A stretch of DNA of 64,000 nt from a virus. Below the pieces are notes generated by a model that was not told where the DNA came from, searched no databases, and saw nothing but the letters and a program-made list of their open reading frames with translations. A program made the translations under genes and the position numbers. The stretch is from IMG/VR virus record IMGVR_UViG_3300030390_002408. One strand, given 5' to 3'. Shown here in pieces: positions 19,259-27,005 of the stretch; the first letter of the stretch is position 1, and every line of letters begins with the position of its first letter.

Positions 19259-19457
19259 AAACTCTCCAAGTCCTCCAAGTGGAATATCATGCCGTATGAC
19301 CATGCTTTACTATACGGTTTCAAGTCAGTTTAAAGCCTTTCCATCTACCTAACTTCAAAAGCGTTGCACCCTTGGTTGTGCCCTAATAGAGGAGGGTTGC
19401 CGATTTATTCACCCTAATTTGACCTATCACTTACTTATCCATTAGCTTGGAGAGTTT
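19259..19457 (-). ncRNA. Candidate multibranch ncRNA (199 nt)
   Basis: Perfect 12-bp closing stem AAACTCTCCAAG/CTTGGAGAGTTT. Internal helices AAGTG/CACTT, GGTCA/TGACT, AGGGT/ACCCT, GCAC/GTGC, CCGTAT/ATACGG. Confidence 0.6.
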
Positions 19458-19461
19458 AAAA

Positions 19462-19557
19462 TAGTAATAGTCGTATCAACTAGCATCGGTGCTTTCAAGT
19501 CTTCTAAGATACCTCTTATCTTGCGGAACCTCCCCGTAACCCTCTGCTATATTACTA
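19462..19557 (-). ncRNA. Candidate structured ncRNA (~96 nt)
   Basis: Closing TAGTAATA/TATTACTA, TAGCA/TGCTA, hairpin AAGATA-AGAGG-TATCTT. A boxA-like GTTCTTTAAA lies just upstream. Confidence 0.45.
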
Positions 19558-19592
19558 CTTATTTTCAATTATTTAAAGAACGTAATTAATTT

Positions 19593-19652
19593 TGTACCTA
19601 TCCCTGAATCGAACATGGGTCAGAACTAGTTCTCCTAGCAACCAGCATAGGC
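19593..19652 (-). ncRNA. tRNA-like element lacking D-stem and anticodon loop
   Basis: GCCTAT/ATAGGT acceptor-like stem, TGG loop, AGAACTAGTTCT mini-hairpin, T-arm with TTCGATT loop. Confidence 0.55.
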
Positions 19653-19654
19653 TA

Positions 19655-19723
19655 TTAATGAGGGGTTGGGATCGAACCAACTCGAAGGAACTGCATCTTC
19701 TTAAACCATAATTTCCTCATTAA
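19655..19723 (-). ncRNA. tRNA-like element lacking D-stem
   Basis: TTAATGAGG/CCTCATTAA stem, TATGGTTTAA loop, GAAG/CTTC arm, perfect T-arm GTTGG-TTCGATC-CCAAC. Confidence 0.6.
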
Positions 19724-19725
19724 CA

Positions 19726-19746
19726 TCAATACTTTCAATGAACTCT
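19726..19746 (-). promoter_or_regulatory. boxA-like antitermination element
   Basis: AGAGTTCATTGAAAGTATTG immediately precedes the RNA array. Similar sequences at ~19565-19585 and ~20142-20160. Confidence 0.45.
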
Positions 19747-19756
19747 ATTTATTAAA

Positions 19757-20047
19757 TTATATCCAATCAGGGGTGGGTTTTCCAAACTCAGGTATTGCTT
19801 CAAAAAAATTATGGAAAAATGGCTCTAATGATGGGCTACCTTCCTCTATCAATAACTGATAAACCCTACCATCAAACTCAAATATTCCCTCCTCTGGGCT
19901 TACCACCTCAATTATTCCTGGAGTCATAACTCTATCTAAATAATCTGTTTCTCCAAAATCTCCTTCATTCAATGAAGTTAATTTAATATCACTTCCTACA
20001 ATTCTCATTTTCATACCTTTTTCAACACTTTTCATAACTTTTTTCAT
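19757..20047 (-). CDS. Hypothetical protein
   Basis: AAAAATAAAGGTT-ATG start, behind tandem promoters. Confidence 0.65.
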   Translation of the reverse strand: MKKVMKSVEKGMKMRIVGSDIKLTSLNEGDFGETDYLDRVMTPGIIEVVSPEEGIFEFDGRVYQLLIEEGSPSLEPFFHNFFEAIPEFGKPTPDWI

Positions 20048-20076
20048 AACCTTTATTTTTTAAATTTTTAATCCGT

Positions 20077-20226
20077 TTAACCCCTCAACCCCAACACCGT
20101 AAATATACGATGAATATCTCGCTTCTCCAAATCTTTCTGCAATTATCTTCAATGAACTTTTTAAACCCGTCTAACCCCTCAACCTTACCCCGTAAATATA
20201 CGGTGAAACCCCCGGGAAGCCACATT
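20077..20226 (-). promoter_or_regulatory. Two tandem early promoters (20077-20152 and 20171-20226)
   Basis: Both carry CGTATATTTACGG followed by GGTTGAGGGGTTA. Confidence 0.75.
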
Positions 20227-20477
20227 CTCCCGCGGGGATCGCGTGGGGAGTTGTGAACCGTGGGGTGTTCACAATATATACTCTTTTCGTAGAGGAGAGT
20301 TTGGGGGCGCGGTGAAAAGGGGGTAATGTCCCCAGAACTCTACCCCATCCGCTCCACCACGTGTTATCACATACTATTTGACTATACATTGTGTTTAACA
20401 CATAACACTAATCGTTTAACACACTTCATCGCCCCTATTATTTAATTCGCATTATGACACTCATTTAACGTGGAAAA

Positions 20478-20999
20478 TCATGAATGATTTCGTAATAAAT
20501 CAATTAATTGCTTCAACTCACCACTCGTCATTATTACCTCTTCATCATTTGATTCAAATATCCTATCCTTTTTTAACCCAATCTCATTAAACCAATCATT
20601 CAATTTAAATTCCTTTAAATGGTAATCTATCCCAATCCATCCCTCTGTTAAATGTTTAACTTCTCGTAGATGAGTAATATAATTAATTGCTTCTTTTACC
20701 TTATCATCCGTCCACACCCAATTACCTGTCCAAGTGGGGTTATCAGTTATGTTATTCTCCATCGTAATATTATTTTTATCATTTATTTTCTCCGTCGCTG
20801 GATTATTATCATTATTTCTCCTCTTCAACATATTGAAATTTCCTTTTGGTTCTGTTTTAGATTTTTTGATTTTTTTTAATTCTGATTCTAGTTGATATTT
20901 ATATTCTTCCCAAATTAATCTTCCTCCTTTACCCCATCTAAAAGCATGGTGACATAGTTCCTCAATTTCTTCTAATGTGAATGTTTCTTCTTTACTCAT
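20478..20999 (-). CDS. Hypothetical protein (junction array 2)
   Basis: MSKEE start within the conserved junction. Confidence 0.6.
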   Translation of the reverse strand: MSKEETFTLEEIEELCHHAFRWGKGGRLIWEEYKYQLESELKKIKKSKTEPKGNFNMLKRRNNDNNPATEKINDKNNITMENNITDNPTWTGNWVWTDDKVKEAINYITHLREVKHLTEGWIGIDYHLKEFKLNDWFNEIGLKKDRIFESNDEEVIMTSGELKQLIDLLRNHS

Positions 21000-21205
21000 T
21001 TGTCTTTTGGTTTTAATTGATAATACTTATATGGTCCAGACCAGTTATCTTCATTATGCTCTACCATGTAAAACCAATCACCAATACTATCTAGTGTTTT
21101 AATTGCTTCATATTTCACTGGATTAACATCCTTATAGACTATCTTACCTTCACCCCTTGGTGTTGTAACTACATTTCCAACTTCATATATTATTTCTTTA
21201 CTCAT
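20996..21205 (-). CDS. Small SH3/KOW-like protein (junction array 2)
   Basis: YEVGNVVTTPRGEGKIV...YMVE. Confidence 0.6.
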   Translation of the reverse strand: MSKEIIYEVGNVVTTPRGEGKIVYKDVNPVKYEAIKTLDSIGDWFYMVEHNEDNWSGPYKYYQLKPKDK

Positions 21206-21227
21206 CTTTGTTTTTGTTTAATTTCAA

Positions 21228-21401
21228 TTACCTCATCTCATCAATTTCCCTTTGGGTTACTACCACTAACTTATCCCTTTCGATATCCCACCTAACGTAC
21301 CCATCCGCTTCTAACTTGAGTAATTTTGTGAAGAAATCATTCTCGATGTGGTAATCTACTTCACCGTCGTCCATTTCATTATCTTCATTGCTGGATTTCA
21401 T
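21228..21401 (-). CDS. 57 aa acidic protein
   Basis: Translated by hand (MKSSNEDNE...). ATGA-coupled to the upstream gene. Confidence 0.5.
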   Translation of the reverse strand: MKSSNEDNEMDDGEVDYHIENDFFTKLLKLEADGYVRWDIERDKLVVVTQREIDEMR

Positions 21402-21703
21402 ATCGTTGTCTCTCCTCTATTTGGTTCTTGGTTTAAAATGTTAATCCTATTTAAATCAGCATATATAGAAGGTGTTGAGTATGTTTTTAAGTCTATTGCT
21501 CCATACTCTTTTCTATACTTCTCATACAATACTTTTCTCTTGGATTCTAGTAATTGCATTTCTTGGGAGAGTTTAATCCACTCTTTATTTAATTCGTCTT
21601 TCGTCATCTTCTTTGTTTTTGTAGCAAATTCTGCTATTGGAATAGTTTTAGGAAATACTCTTTTAAGTATTGGTAATGATGGTCCTTTCTTTTCCTTACT
21701 CAT
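21398..21703 (-). CDS. Hypothetical protein (junction array 2)
   Basis: Start moved to MSKEKKG, within the junction motif. Confidence 0.6.
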   Translation of the reverse strand: MSKEKKGPSLPILKRVFPKTIPIAEFATKTKKMTKDELNKEWIKLSQEMQLLESKRKVLYEKYRKEYGAIDLKTYSTPSIYADLNRINILNQEPNRGETTI

Positions 21704-21971
21704 CTTTATTTTGTTTTTTAAAGTTCTCAATATTTTTCATGGTAACACTTATCAGGTAAGTATCCTCCATTATTTGACCCTTCTTCTTAAAGTGTTCAAT
21801 TGTTTCTATATGAGATTCTACTAATATTTTAAGTCTATTCTCAGGAGAAATATTATACTTATCAAATAGTTCCATTACTGGTTTAAATGATTCTTCTCTT
21901 ACCTTTTTTAATTCTTCTTCTAATATATTACTTAGTATATTTGCTACGTCTAATGGTTCTTCTTTACTCAT
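21696..21971 (-). CDS. Hypothetical protein (junction array 2)
   Basis: MSKEE...KQNKDE. Confidence 0.65.
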   Translation of the reverse strand: MSKEEPLDVANILSNILEEELKKVREESFKPVMELFDKYNISPENRLKILVESHIETIEHFKKKGQIMEDTYLISVTMKNIENFKKQNKDE

Positions 21972-22027
21972 CTTTGTTTACGTTTACGTGTTTTTTCATA
22001 CTTGCCCATCAAAACTAACTTTGATAT

Positions 22028-22177
22028 CTAAGGTATATAAAGTATTGGACCACCAACTTCCTTGTAATGTTCGTCAGGCATTTCCATTTCTTCGTTAATA
22101 ATTTCTTTAGGTATAGAATCAATTAATTTATAATCTTCTTCTTTTACTTCTAATAATAAAAATTTTCTTTTACTCAT
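22028..22177 (-). CDS. 49 aa protein (junction array 2)
   Basis: MSKRKF start within the junction motif. Confidence 0.5.
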   Translation of the reverse strand: MSKRKFLLLEVKEEDYKLIDSIPKEIINEEMEMPDEHYKEVGGPILYIP

Positions 22178-22189
22178 CTTTGTTTTGTT

Positions 22190-22336
22190 TTATTTCCAAT
22201 AACTTCCATCGTAAATATCACTATGGTGTTGCTCCTCTTTATTGCATATTCTACAGTGTCTCTCCACTATTCTCCCAAATTTATACTCCCATCTATGTAT
22301 GCCAATTTTACATAATATTAATCTAAGTTTTTTCAT
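22190..22336 (-). CDS. 48 aa Cys/His mini-protein (DUF1660-like)
   Basis: LCKIGIHRW...CRIC. Confidence 0.55.
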   Translation of the reverse strand: MKKLRLILCKIGIHRWEYKFGRIVERHCRICNKEEQHHSDIYDGSYWK

Positions 22337-22428
22337 TTCTCTTTTTTATTTTTATGAAATCTTCTAGCTATTTCCCATATTATAGAAAAACTAATCAACA
22401 AAACTATCTCTGCCATCATATTGTTATT

Positions 22429-22908
22429 TTACCAATTTAAAGGATCAGTTACATCTTTAGACTTTCCTGTTAGAAGATCTACTACTGCAACACATACTCC
22501 TAAACCTGTAGGAATAAATTGATATCCAAATCTTTCTCCTGATGTTACCCCCTTATGTTTGTTTATTTCTCTTTGCTCTTCAATCCACTCATTAGCTTTA
22601 TCTTGCTCTGGGATTGATACTATGAATGTTAATTCTTCCCTCTCCTCTACTTTTTTAATTTCTTTTAATTTAATTGAGTATGATGTGAAGTTTGGAACAT
22701 TTTCTTTTACATATTCCCCAACTAATTTATACCACTCCTCATCCTCAATTGAGTAAACATCCTTAATAACATACATAACTAATTCAACATCTTTAAAACG
22801 GTGTTGAGGTTGAGGGGTTAACTCACTATCTTCATATGTTCTACATTTGATTGTTAATAAATAATCTGCTTGATCCTTATCAATCTTATAATCTTCTAAT
22901 GTAACCAT
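22429..22908 (-). CDS. Hypothetical protein
   Basis: Start likely MVTLED. C-terminal FIPTGLG motif. Confidence 0.65.
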   Translation of the reverse strand: MVTLEDYKIDKDQADYLLTIKCRTYEDSELTPQPQHRFKDVELVMYVIKDVYSIEDEEWYKLVGEYVKENVPNFTSYSIKLKEIKKVEEREELTFIVSIPEQDKANEWIEEQREINKHKGVTSGERFGYQFIPTGLGVCVAVVDLLTGKSKDVTDPLNW

Positions 22909-22915
22909 CTTTTTA

Positions 22916-23158
22916 TTATTTATTTTGAGTTTGTCTAATGCTTTCAAGTGTTAGTTTAGGCTTTATTTCTAGTAACATTTTTATACTTTCAGTTGATAGT
23001 TGAGAGTATATTTTTAATAAGTCTAAATAATAGTGTGTAGGCTCACGTTTGAATTTACCTTCTTCAAGTAATCCTATTCGTCTATATGCCCCTACATCAC
23101 TTAAAACTAAGTCACTTAATAATTTTTCTCTTTGTTGCTCTAAATATTTATCTGTCAT
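22916..23158 (-). CDS. Hypothetical protein
   Basis: Co-oriented, coupled ORF. Confidence 0.55.
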   Translation of the reverse strand: MTDKYLEQQREKLLSDLVLSDVGAYRRIGLLEEGKFKREPTHYYLDLLKIYSQLSTESIKMLLEIKPKLTLESIRQTQNK

Positions 23159-23355
23159 AACTTTAAATTTTTATTTTCAGTAGGCTTAATTCTAAAATTA
23201 GCGCATTTATCAAGTATAAAATAAACAGCATTTCCACAGTCCCCATTTACATACCCATTCCCAAAATCCACCCAATGATTACCAATCTGCATTTGGAGTT
23301 TTACACCTTCTTCTATTGCTTTTACAGCTTCCCAAGCTTTTAAGTTTTCTCCCAC
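23155..23355 (-). CDS. Hypothetical protein
   Basis: GTG start, ends in FRIKP motif. Confidence 0.5.
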   Translation of the reverse strand: MGENLKAWEAVKAIEEGVKLQMQIGNHWVDFGNGYVNGDCGNAVYFILDKCANFRIKPTENKNLKL

Positions 23356-23505
23356 CTTAATCTATTTCTAAAATTATAAATTTGATTTAATATATTTATA
23401 ATACTTGTTTATCTTCTTCCCCAAATCTCTATTTGATGAAGATGATTTAATTAATTTAATGATATACTCACTATCTAATTTGATGGTCTTTTCTTTAGCC
23501 ATTTC

Positions 23506-23796
23506 TTACTTTGATTTTTTAGTAAATAATTTCTTGATAAACAAATATCCTTTTTCAATGTAATAAAAAACACTCGTTAAAATTGCTAATCCTATTAGTA
23601 ATAATATAAACCTATTTTCCCCTTTCATAACTTTTAAATCTTTAATTACACCTTCTAAACATTTAGCTTGAGCGCACAATTTAATTTCCTTACTAACTTT
23701 TTCATCATATTGTAAAATACAATCTTTAATTTGCTCTTTAACCTGAGCTAATTCAATCTCATACTTTTCAATCAATTTATTTAATTTCTTTTTCAT
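23506..23796 (-). CDS. Coiled-coil membrane-anchored protein
   Basis: C-terminal hydrophobic helix. Confidence 0.55.
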   Translation of the reverse strand: MKKKLNKLIEKYEIELAQVKEQIKDCILQYDEKVSKEIKLCAQAKCLEGVIKDLKVMKGENRFILLLIGLAILTSVFYYIEKGYLFIKKLFTKKSK

Positions 23797-24139
23797 AACC
23801 TATTTTTTAAAACATTTTTTCAAAATCCATTTAAGTTGAATTATTTCAGCTTTTATTGCGAATAAAACCTTTGAGTCTTTATCATACTCATCATCTTCTA
23901 CCATTCCTTTTAACCATTGTAACTGGTATTTTAATTCAGCTTTAATATTTTTCTTTTTCATAACCTATTATCTTGATTTAACCTACAATCCATTCTCCAC
24001 TATAAGAATATTTAGCACACCAACCTTCATTGAAGTCGATTATAATTCTATTCTTAAAATAATCTCTCTTTACAGTAACACCTTTATCACCAAATATTTT
24101 TCTATAACCTAAAACTTTGTTTTTTAACCACATAACTTA

Positions 24140-24436
24140 TTATCTTGATTTAATATTTTCAATTTTTGTTGTTCCTGAATTTATCATTCTAAAAACCCGA
24201 TTCCAATTATTATCATCTGCTTCCCATTCAATATCATCTTTATCAAATTTAATTTGAAAATTTGAAAAAGCTTGACCATGAGTTTTGATTTTAAAATCAC
24301 CTTCACTGTTTTTTTTAAGAGAAATTTTCTCTTTATTATCACACATGCAAGAAACTAAATTGATTACAACTTCTCTTGCATTTTCTTTTACCTCTAATTT
24401 TGGAGGATTGTTAAATAAATCTCTATACTTGCTCAT
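24140..24436 (-). CDS. Hypothetical protein
   Basis: AATAAAAGTT-ATG start. Confidence 0.65.
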   Translation of the reverse strand: MSKYRDLFNNPPKLEVKENAREVVINLVSCMCDNKEKISLKKNSEGDFKIKTHGQAFSNFQIKFDKDDIEWEADDNNWNRVFRMINSGTTKIENIKSR

Positions 24437-24446
24437 AACTTTTATT

Positions 24447-24737
24447 TTATACTATTTCACCAATGATTTCTCTTTTTATTCTTTTATTAATTGCTTTTTC
24501 AAAAACAATTGCAACATCCCTAACAGCATATTCTTCATCAGTAAATCCAGGACCCATTGGTATAGTGTCATATAATGATACTGAAAAATCCCTACGAAAT
24601 AAGGCACATGAAAAATCACCTATATTAAATGTGAAATAACTTCCAGCATCATTATCAAAATTTTCAGCTGAAAACTGATTTTCTAATAATTCAATAACCT
24701 CTTTGGTTTGTTGTCTTTTTAACTCTGTCTTTGTCAT
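24447..24737 (-). CDS. Hypothetical protein
   Basis: First gene after promoter 24761-24831. Confidence 0.65.
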   Translation of the reverse strand: MTKTELKRQQTKEVIELLENQFSAENFDNDAGSYFTFNIGDFSCALFRRDFSVSLYDTIPMGPGFTDEEYAVRDVAIVFEKAINKRIKREIIGEIV

Positions 24738-24760
24738 AACTTTTATTTTTATGTTGCGTT

Positions 24761-24831
24761 CCCTGCAACCTTACCCCGTAAATATACGATTGCTTCCTCA
24801 GGAAGCCTAATATTTCCGCGGGAGTCTTCAA
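24761..24831 (-). promoter_or_regulatory. Early promoter plus leader
   Basis: TTGAAG...TTAGG-N17-CGTATATTTACGGGGTAAGGTTGCAGGG. Confidence 0.8.
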
Positions 24832-24837
24832 AAAAAG

Positions 24838-25170
24838 TTAATCTAATGTTCCCTCTTTTTTAGATATTTTAAAATACTTTTCAACCCTGTTTATCTTATC
24901 CTGCTTTTTAATATAATTTTTACTATGGATTTTTTTTAAATTAAGGGTTTGGGATCTAAGATTCTCATCATTAGAATTTTTTAATTCAGTCTCTAACATC
25001 TCTAACATAGTAACTAAATCAGTATACTCTTCTAAGATTCTAGCTAAATTAGTATTTTCTTGTCCTTCCTCAATATTTAATAACCCAAATCTTAATGATT
25101 TAGTAATTCTTTGAGCCACTTCATTACATTCTTCTGCTGTAATGGTTAAAATATGTTCTAATCTATTCAT
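24838..25170 (-). CDS. MazG-like all-alpha NTP pyrophosphohydrolase
   Basis: AEECNEVAQ...LEEYTDL (EExxE / EExxD). Confidence 0.7.
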   Translation of the reverse strand: MNRLEHILTITAEECNEVAQRITKSLRFGLLNIEEGQENTNLARILEEYTDLVTMLEMLETELKNSNDENLRSQTLNLKKIHSKNYIKKQDKINRVEKYFKISKKEGTLD

Positions 25171-25187
25171 AACTGTTTGATTTTTAT

Positions 25188-25418
25188 TTAAATTTCTTCC
25201 ATATCACTTATGGTTAATATTATTTCAACTGGGTTACCCAGTAAGTTTTCTAAATCTTCCACGTATTGAATATAATAAAAATTATCAGGTTCTGAAAATT
25301 CATAATTAACCCAATATTGTGTAATATCATTAGGGGATAATGGTAAACCTTTATAATCCGCTGCTAATTTTCTAGCATTTATTGCTTCTTGTTCTGTGTT
25401 GTATATATATCCTTCCAT
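25188..25418 (-). CDS. Small acidic partner of the upstream structural protein
   Basis: Coupled downstream of 25420..26616. Confidence 0.55.
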   Translation of the reverse strand: MEGYIYNTEQEAINARKLAADYKGLPLSPNDITQYWVNYEFSEPDNFYYIQYVEDLENLLGNPVEIILTISDMEEI

Positions 25419-25419
25419 A

Positions 25420-26616
25420 TTAGTAAATTGAATAATTTGTATTTATATCTGTTTCTATTGTGGTTTTATTAGATGTTTGGTCATTACTAAATAAAATTAT
25501 TTCTTGTATTGTACCATCTGTATAATAACTAGTACCTTGGTTATTTCTACCAATAGCAAATTTATAAGTGTTTGTCCCTGTTAAATTTTGTGTAGTTGTT
25601 TGTTGACTAATTAAAGTAGAATCTATATACATTTTTAAACCATTTGAACCTAAAAGATTAATGTTATTAAATAAAACTTGAGAACCTCTTATATCTGAAC
25701 CTACTCCGTTAAAAGCCTTACTTCCATCTATAAACATATCTAAAAGTGTGCCATTAGCATTTAAATTAAAAGCTATACCACCATTAGCGCTATATGATTT
25801 ACTAAAAATAACTGGATAAAAAGTAGTTCCTGTATTAATTTTAAATACTGAAAAATTACTTATTGCGTCTTGAATATGACCAAAAGTATTATCTGCAACC
25901 TCTAACCAATTAGAATTTGCCTTAATAAAGTTTATTGCTGGTTTACCATTTTCTAATTCAACTCCCGTTGATGAATCATAAATTTTAGGCTGATTAGATG
26001 AAGCAGTTTGGATGGCATTATTATTGGTATCACTTTGGTTATACCAAATAGTAACAAATCCATCTGTTCCACTACAAAAAGAATTTAAAGTTGTTGTATC
26101 TAATTGATTATTAACAAATCCTATGTCTTGTGTAGTGTTATCGGATGCTCGTCTTACTTGAATAGCATTCCCACTATAAGATGATTCTAATTTCCTTAAA
26201 CTAAATGCACCTGTTGAACCTGTCAAACCATTTAATGGTAAAGGAGAAGATGATACAGATATTTCAGTATCAAACTCCCCCACACCCTTTACATAGTAAG
26301 AATTTGCAGGGATTGGGGTAGAAGGTGTAAATTTAAAAGAACCCCCACTACCATATATTGATATTGAAAATCTTGTATTAGTTTGAATTAATGAATTATG
26401 ATTAACCCCCCCAGTAAAATCACTAAATACCCCGGCCATAGGAGCATTTGAAGATAAGTTTTGATTTGAAGTTGAATTCCCATCTAAGGTAAAATAACCC
26501 ACAGAGTAGGTACCAGTTGAATTTTTACTATTAGTGATAGTAAATATTTTTTCACCCTCTATGGCTTCCCCTAAAGATCCACTATTTTGAGTTTGAGCTG
26601 CTGTATATGTTGCCAT
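25420..26616 (-). CDS. Virion protein with ConA/LamG-like lectin domain
   Basis: AFSLRKL-SYSGNAIQVRRASDN, DGFVTIWYNQS, GTIQEII. Late motif upstream. Confidence 0.7.
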   Translation of the reverse strand: MATYTAAQTQNSGSLGEAIEGEKIFTITNSKNSTGTYSVGYFTLDGNSTSNQNLSSNAPMAGVFSDFTGGVNHNSLIQTNTRFSISIYGSGGSFKFTPSTPIPANSYYVKGVGEFDTEISVSSSPLPLNGLTGSTGAFSLRKLESSYSGNAIQVRRASDNTTQDIGFVNNQLDTTTLNSFCSGTDGFVTIWYNQSDTNNNAIQTASSNQPKIYDSSTGVELENGKPAINFIKANSNWLEVADNTFGHIQDAISNFSVFKINTGTTFYPVIFSKSYSANGGIAFNLNANGTLLDMFIDGSKAFNGVGSDIRGSQVLFNNINLLGSNGLKMYIDSTLISQQTTTQNLTGTNTYKFAIGRNNQGTSYYTDGTIQEIILFSNDQTSNKTTIETDINTNYSIY

Positions 26617-26799
26617 TTTTTATAATAAATATTAAAAATAAATAATTTTACTTATTAGTATTTTCCTTTCCATCTACTATTTTTTTACAATTTACACATT
26701 GTTTATATCCGGAGTTGAATGTTTTCCATTCTTTATGTTGACATTTTTTATATCTAAAGTGGAGTTTAATACTAGATATTATACTTCCTATCCTTCTTT

Positions 26800-27003
26800 T
26801 CATATAATAGAAATTTTCTTTTGTAAGTAATTTTCTAGCTTTTTAGTAAATTGATCCACCTCTTCATAAAATTCTAAATCTTCTTTTCTTATTAATTTAA
26901 AATTCTCATAAATGAACATATTATCTTGACATTCATATAATACTCCCAATAATAATCTTTCCATATAAAGTTGGGATTTCTCCTCTTCATCGTATTCTTC
27001 CAT
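26800..27003 (-). CDS. Hypothetical protein
   Basis: Coupled downstream of thyA. Confidence 0.55.
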   Translation of the reverse strand: MEEYDEEEKSQLYMERLLLGVLYECQDNMFIYENFKLIRKEDLEFYEEVDQFTKKLENYLQKKISII

Positions 27004-27005
27004 TT

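Noticed and set aside
19593-19723. Canonical tRNA genes
   Set aside because: There is no D-stem, no YU-NNN-R anticodon loop and no CCA. Reported as tRNA-like elements instead.
20171-20401. 76-aa minus-strand ORF
   Set aside because: It overlaps a promoter repeat and the GC-rich hairpins, has atypical composition and lacks the start motif.
14584-22192. CRISPR array interpretation of the junction repeats
   Set aside because: The repeats are degenerate, the spacers are 190-500 bp coding ORFs, and no cas operon is present. The Cas4-like gene is a stand-alone phage nuclease.
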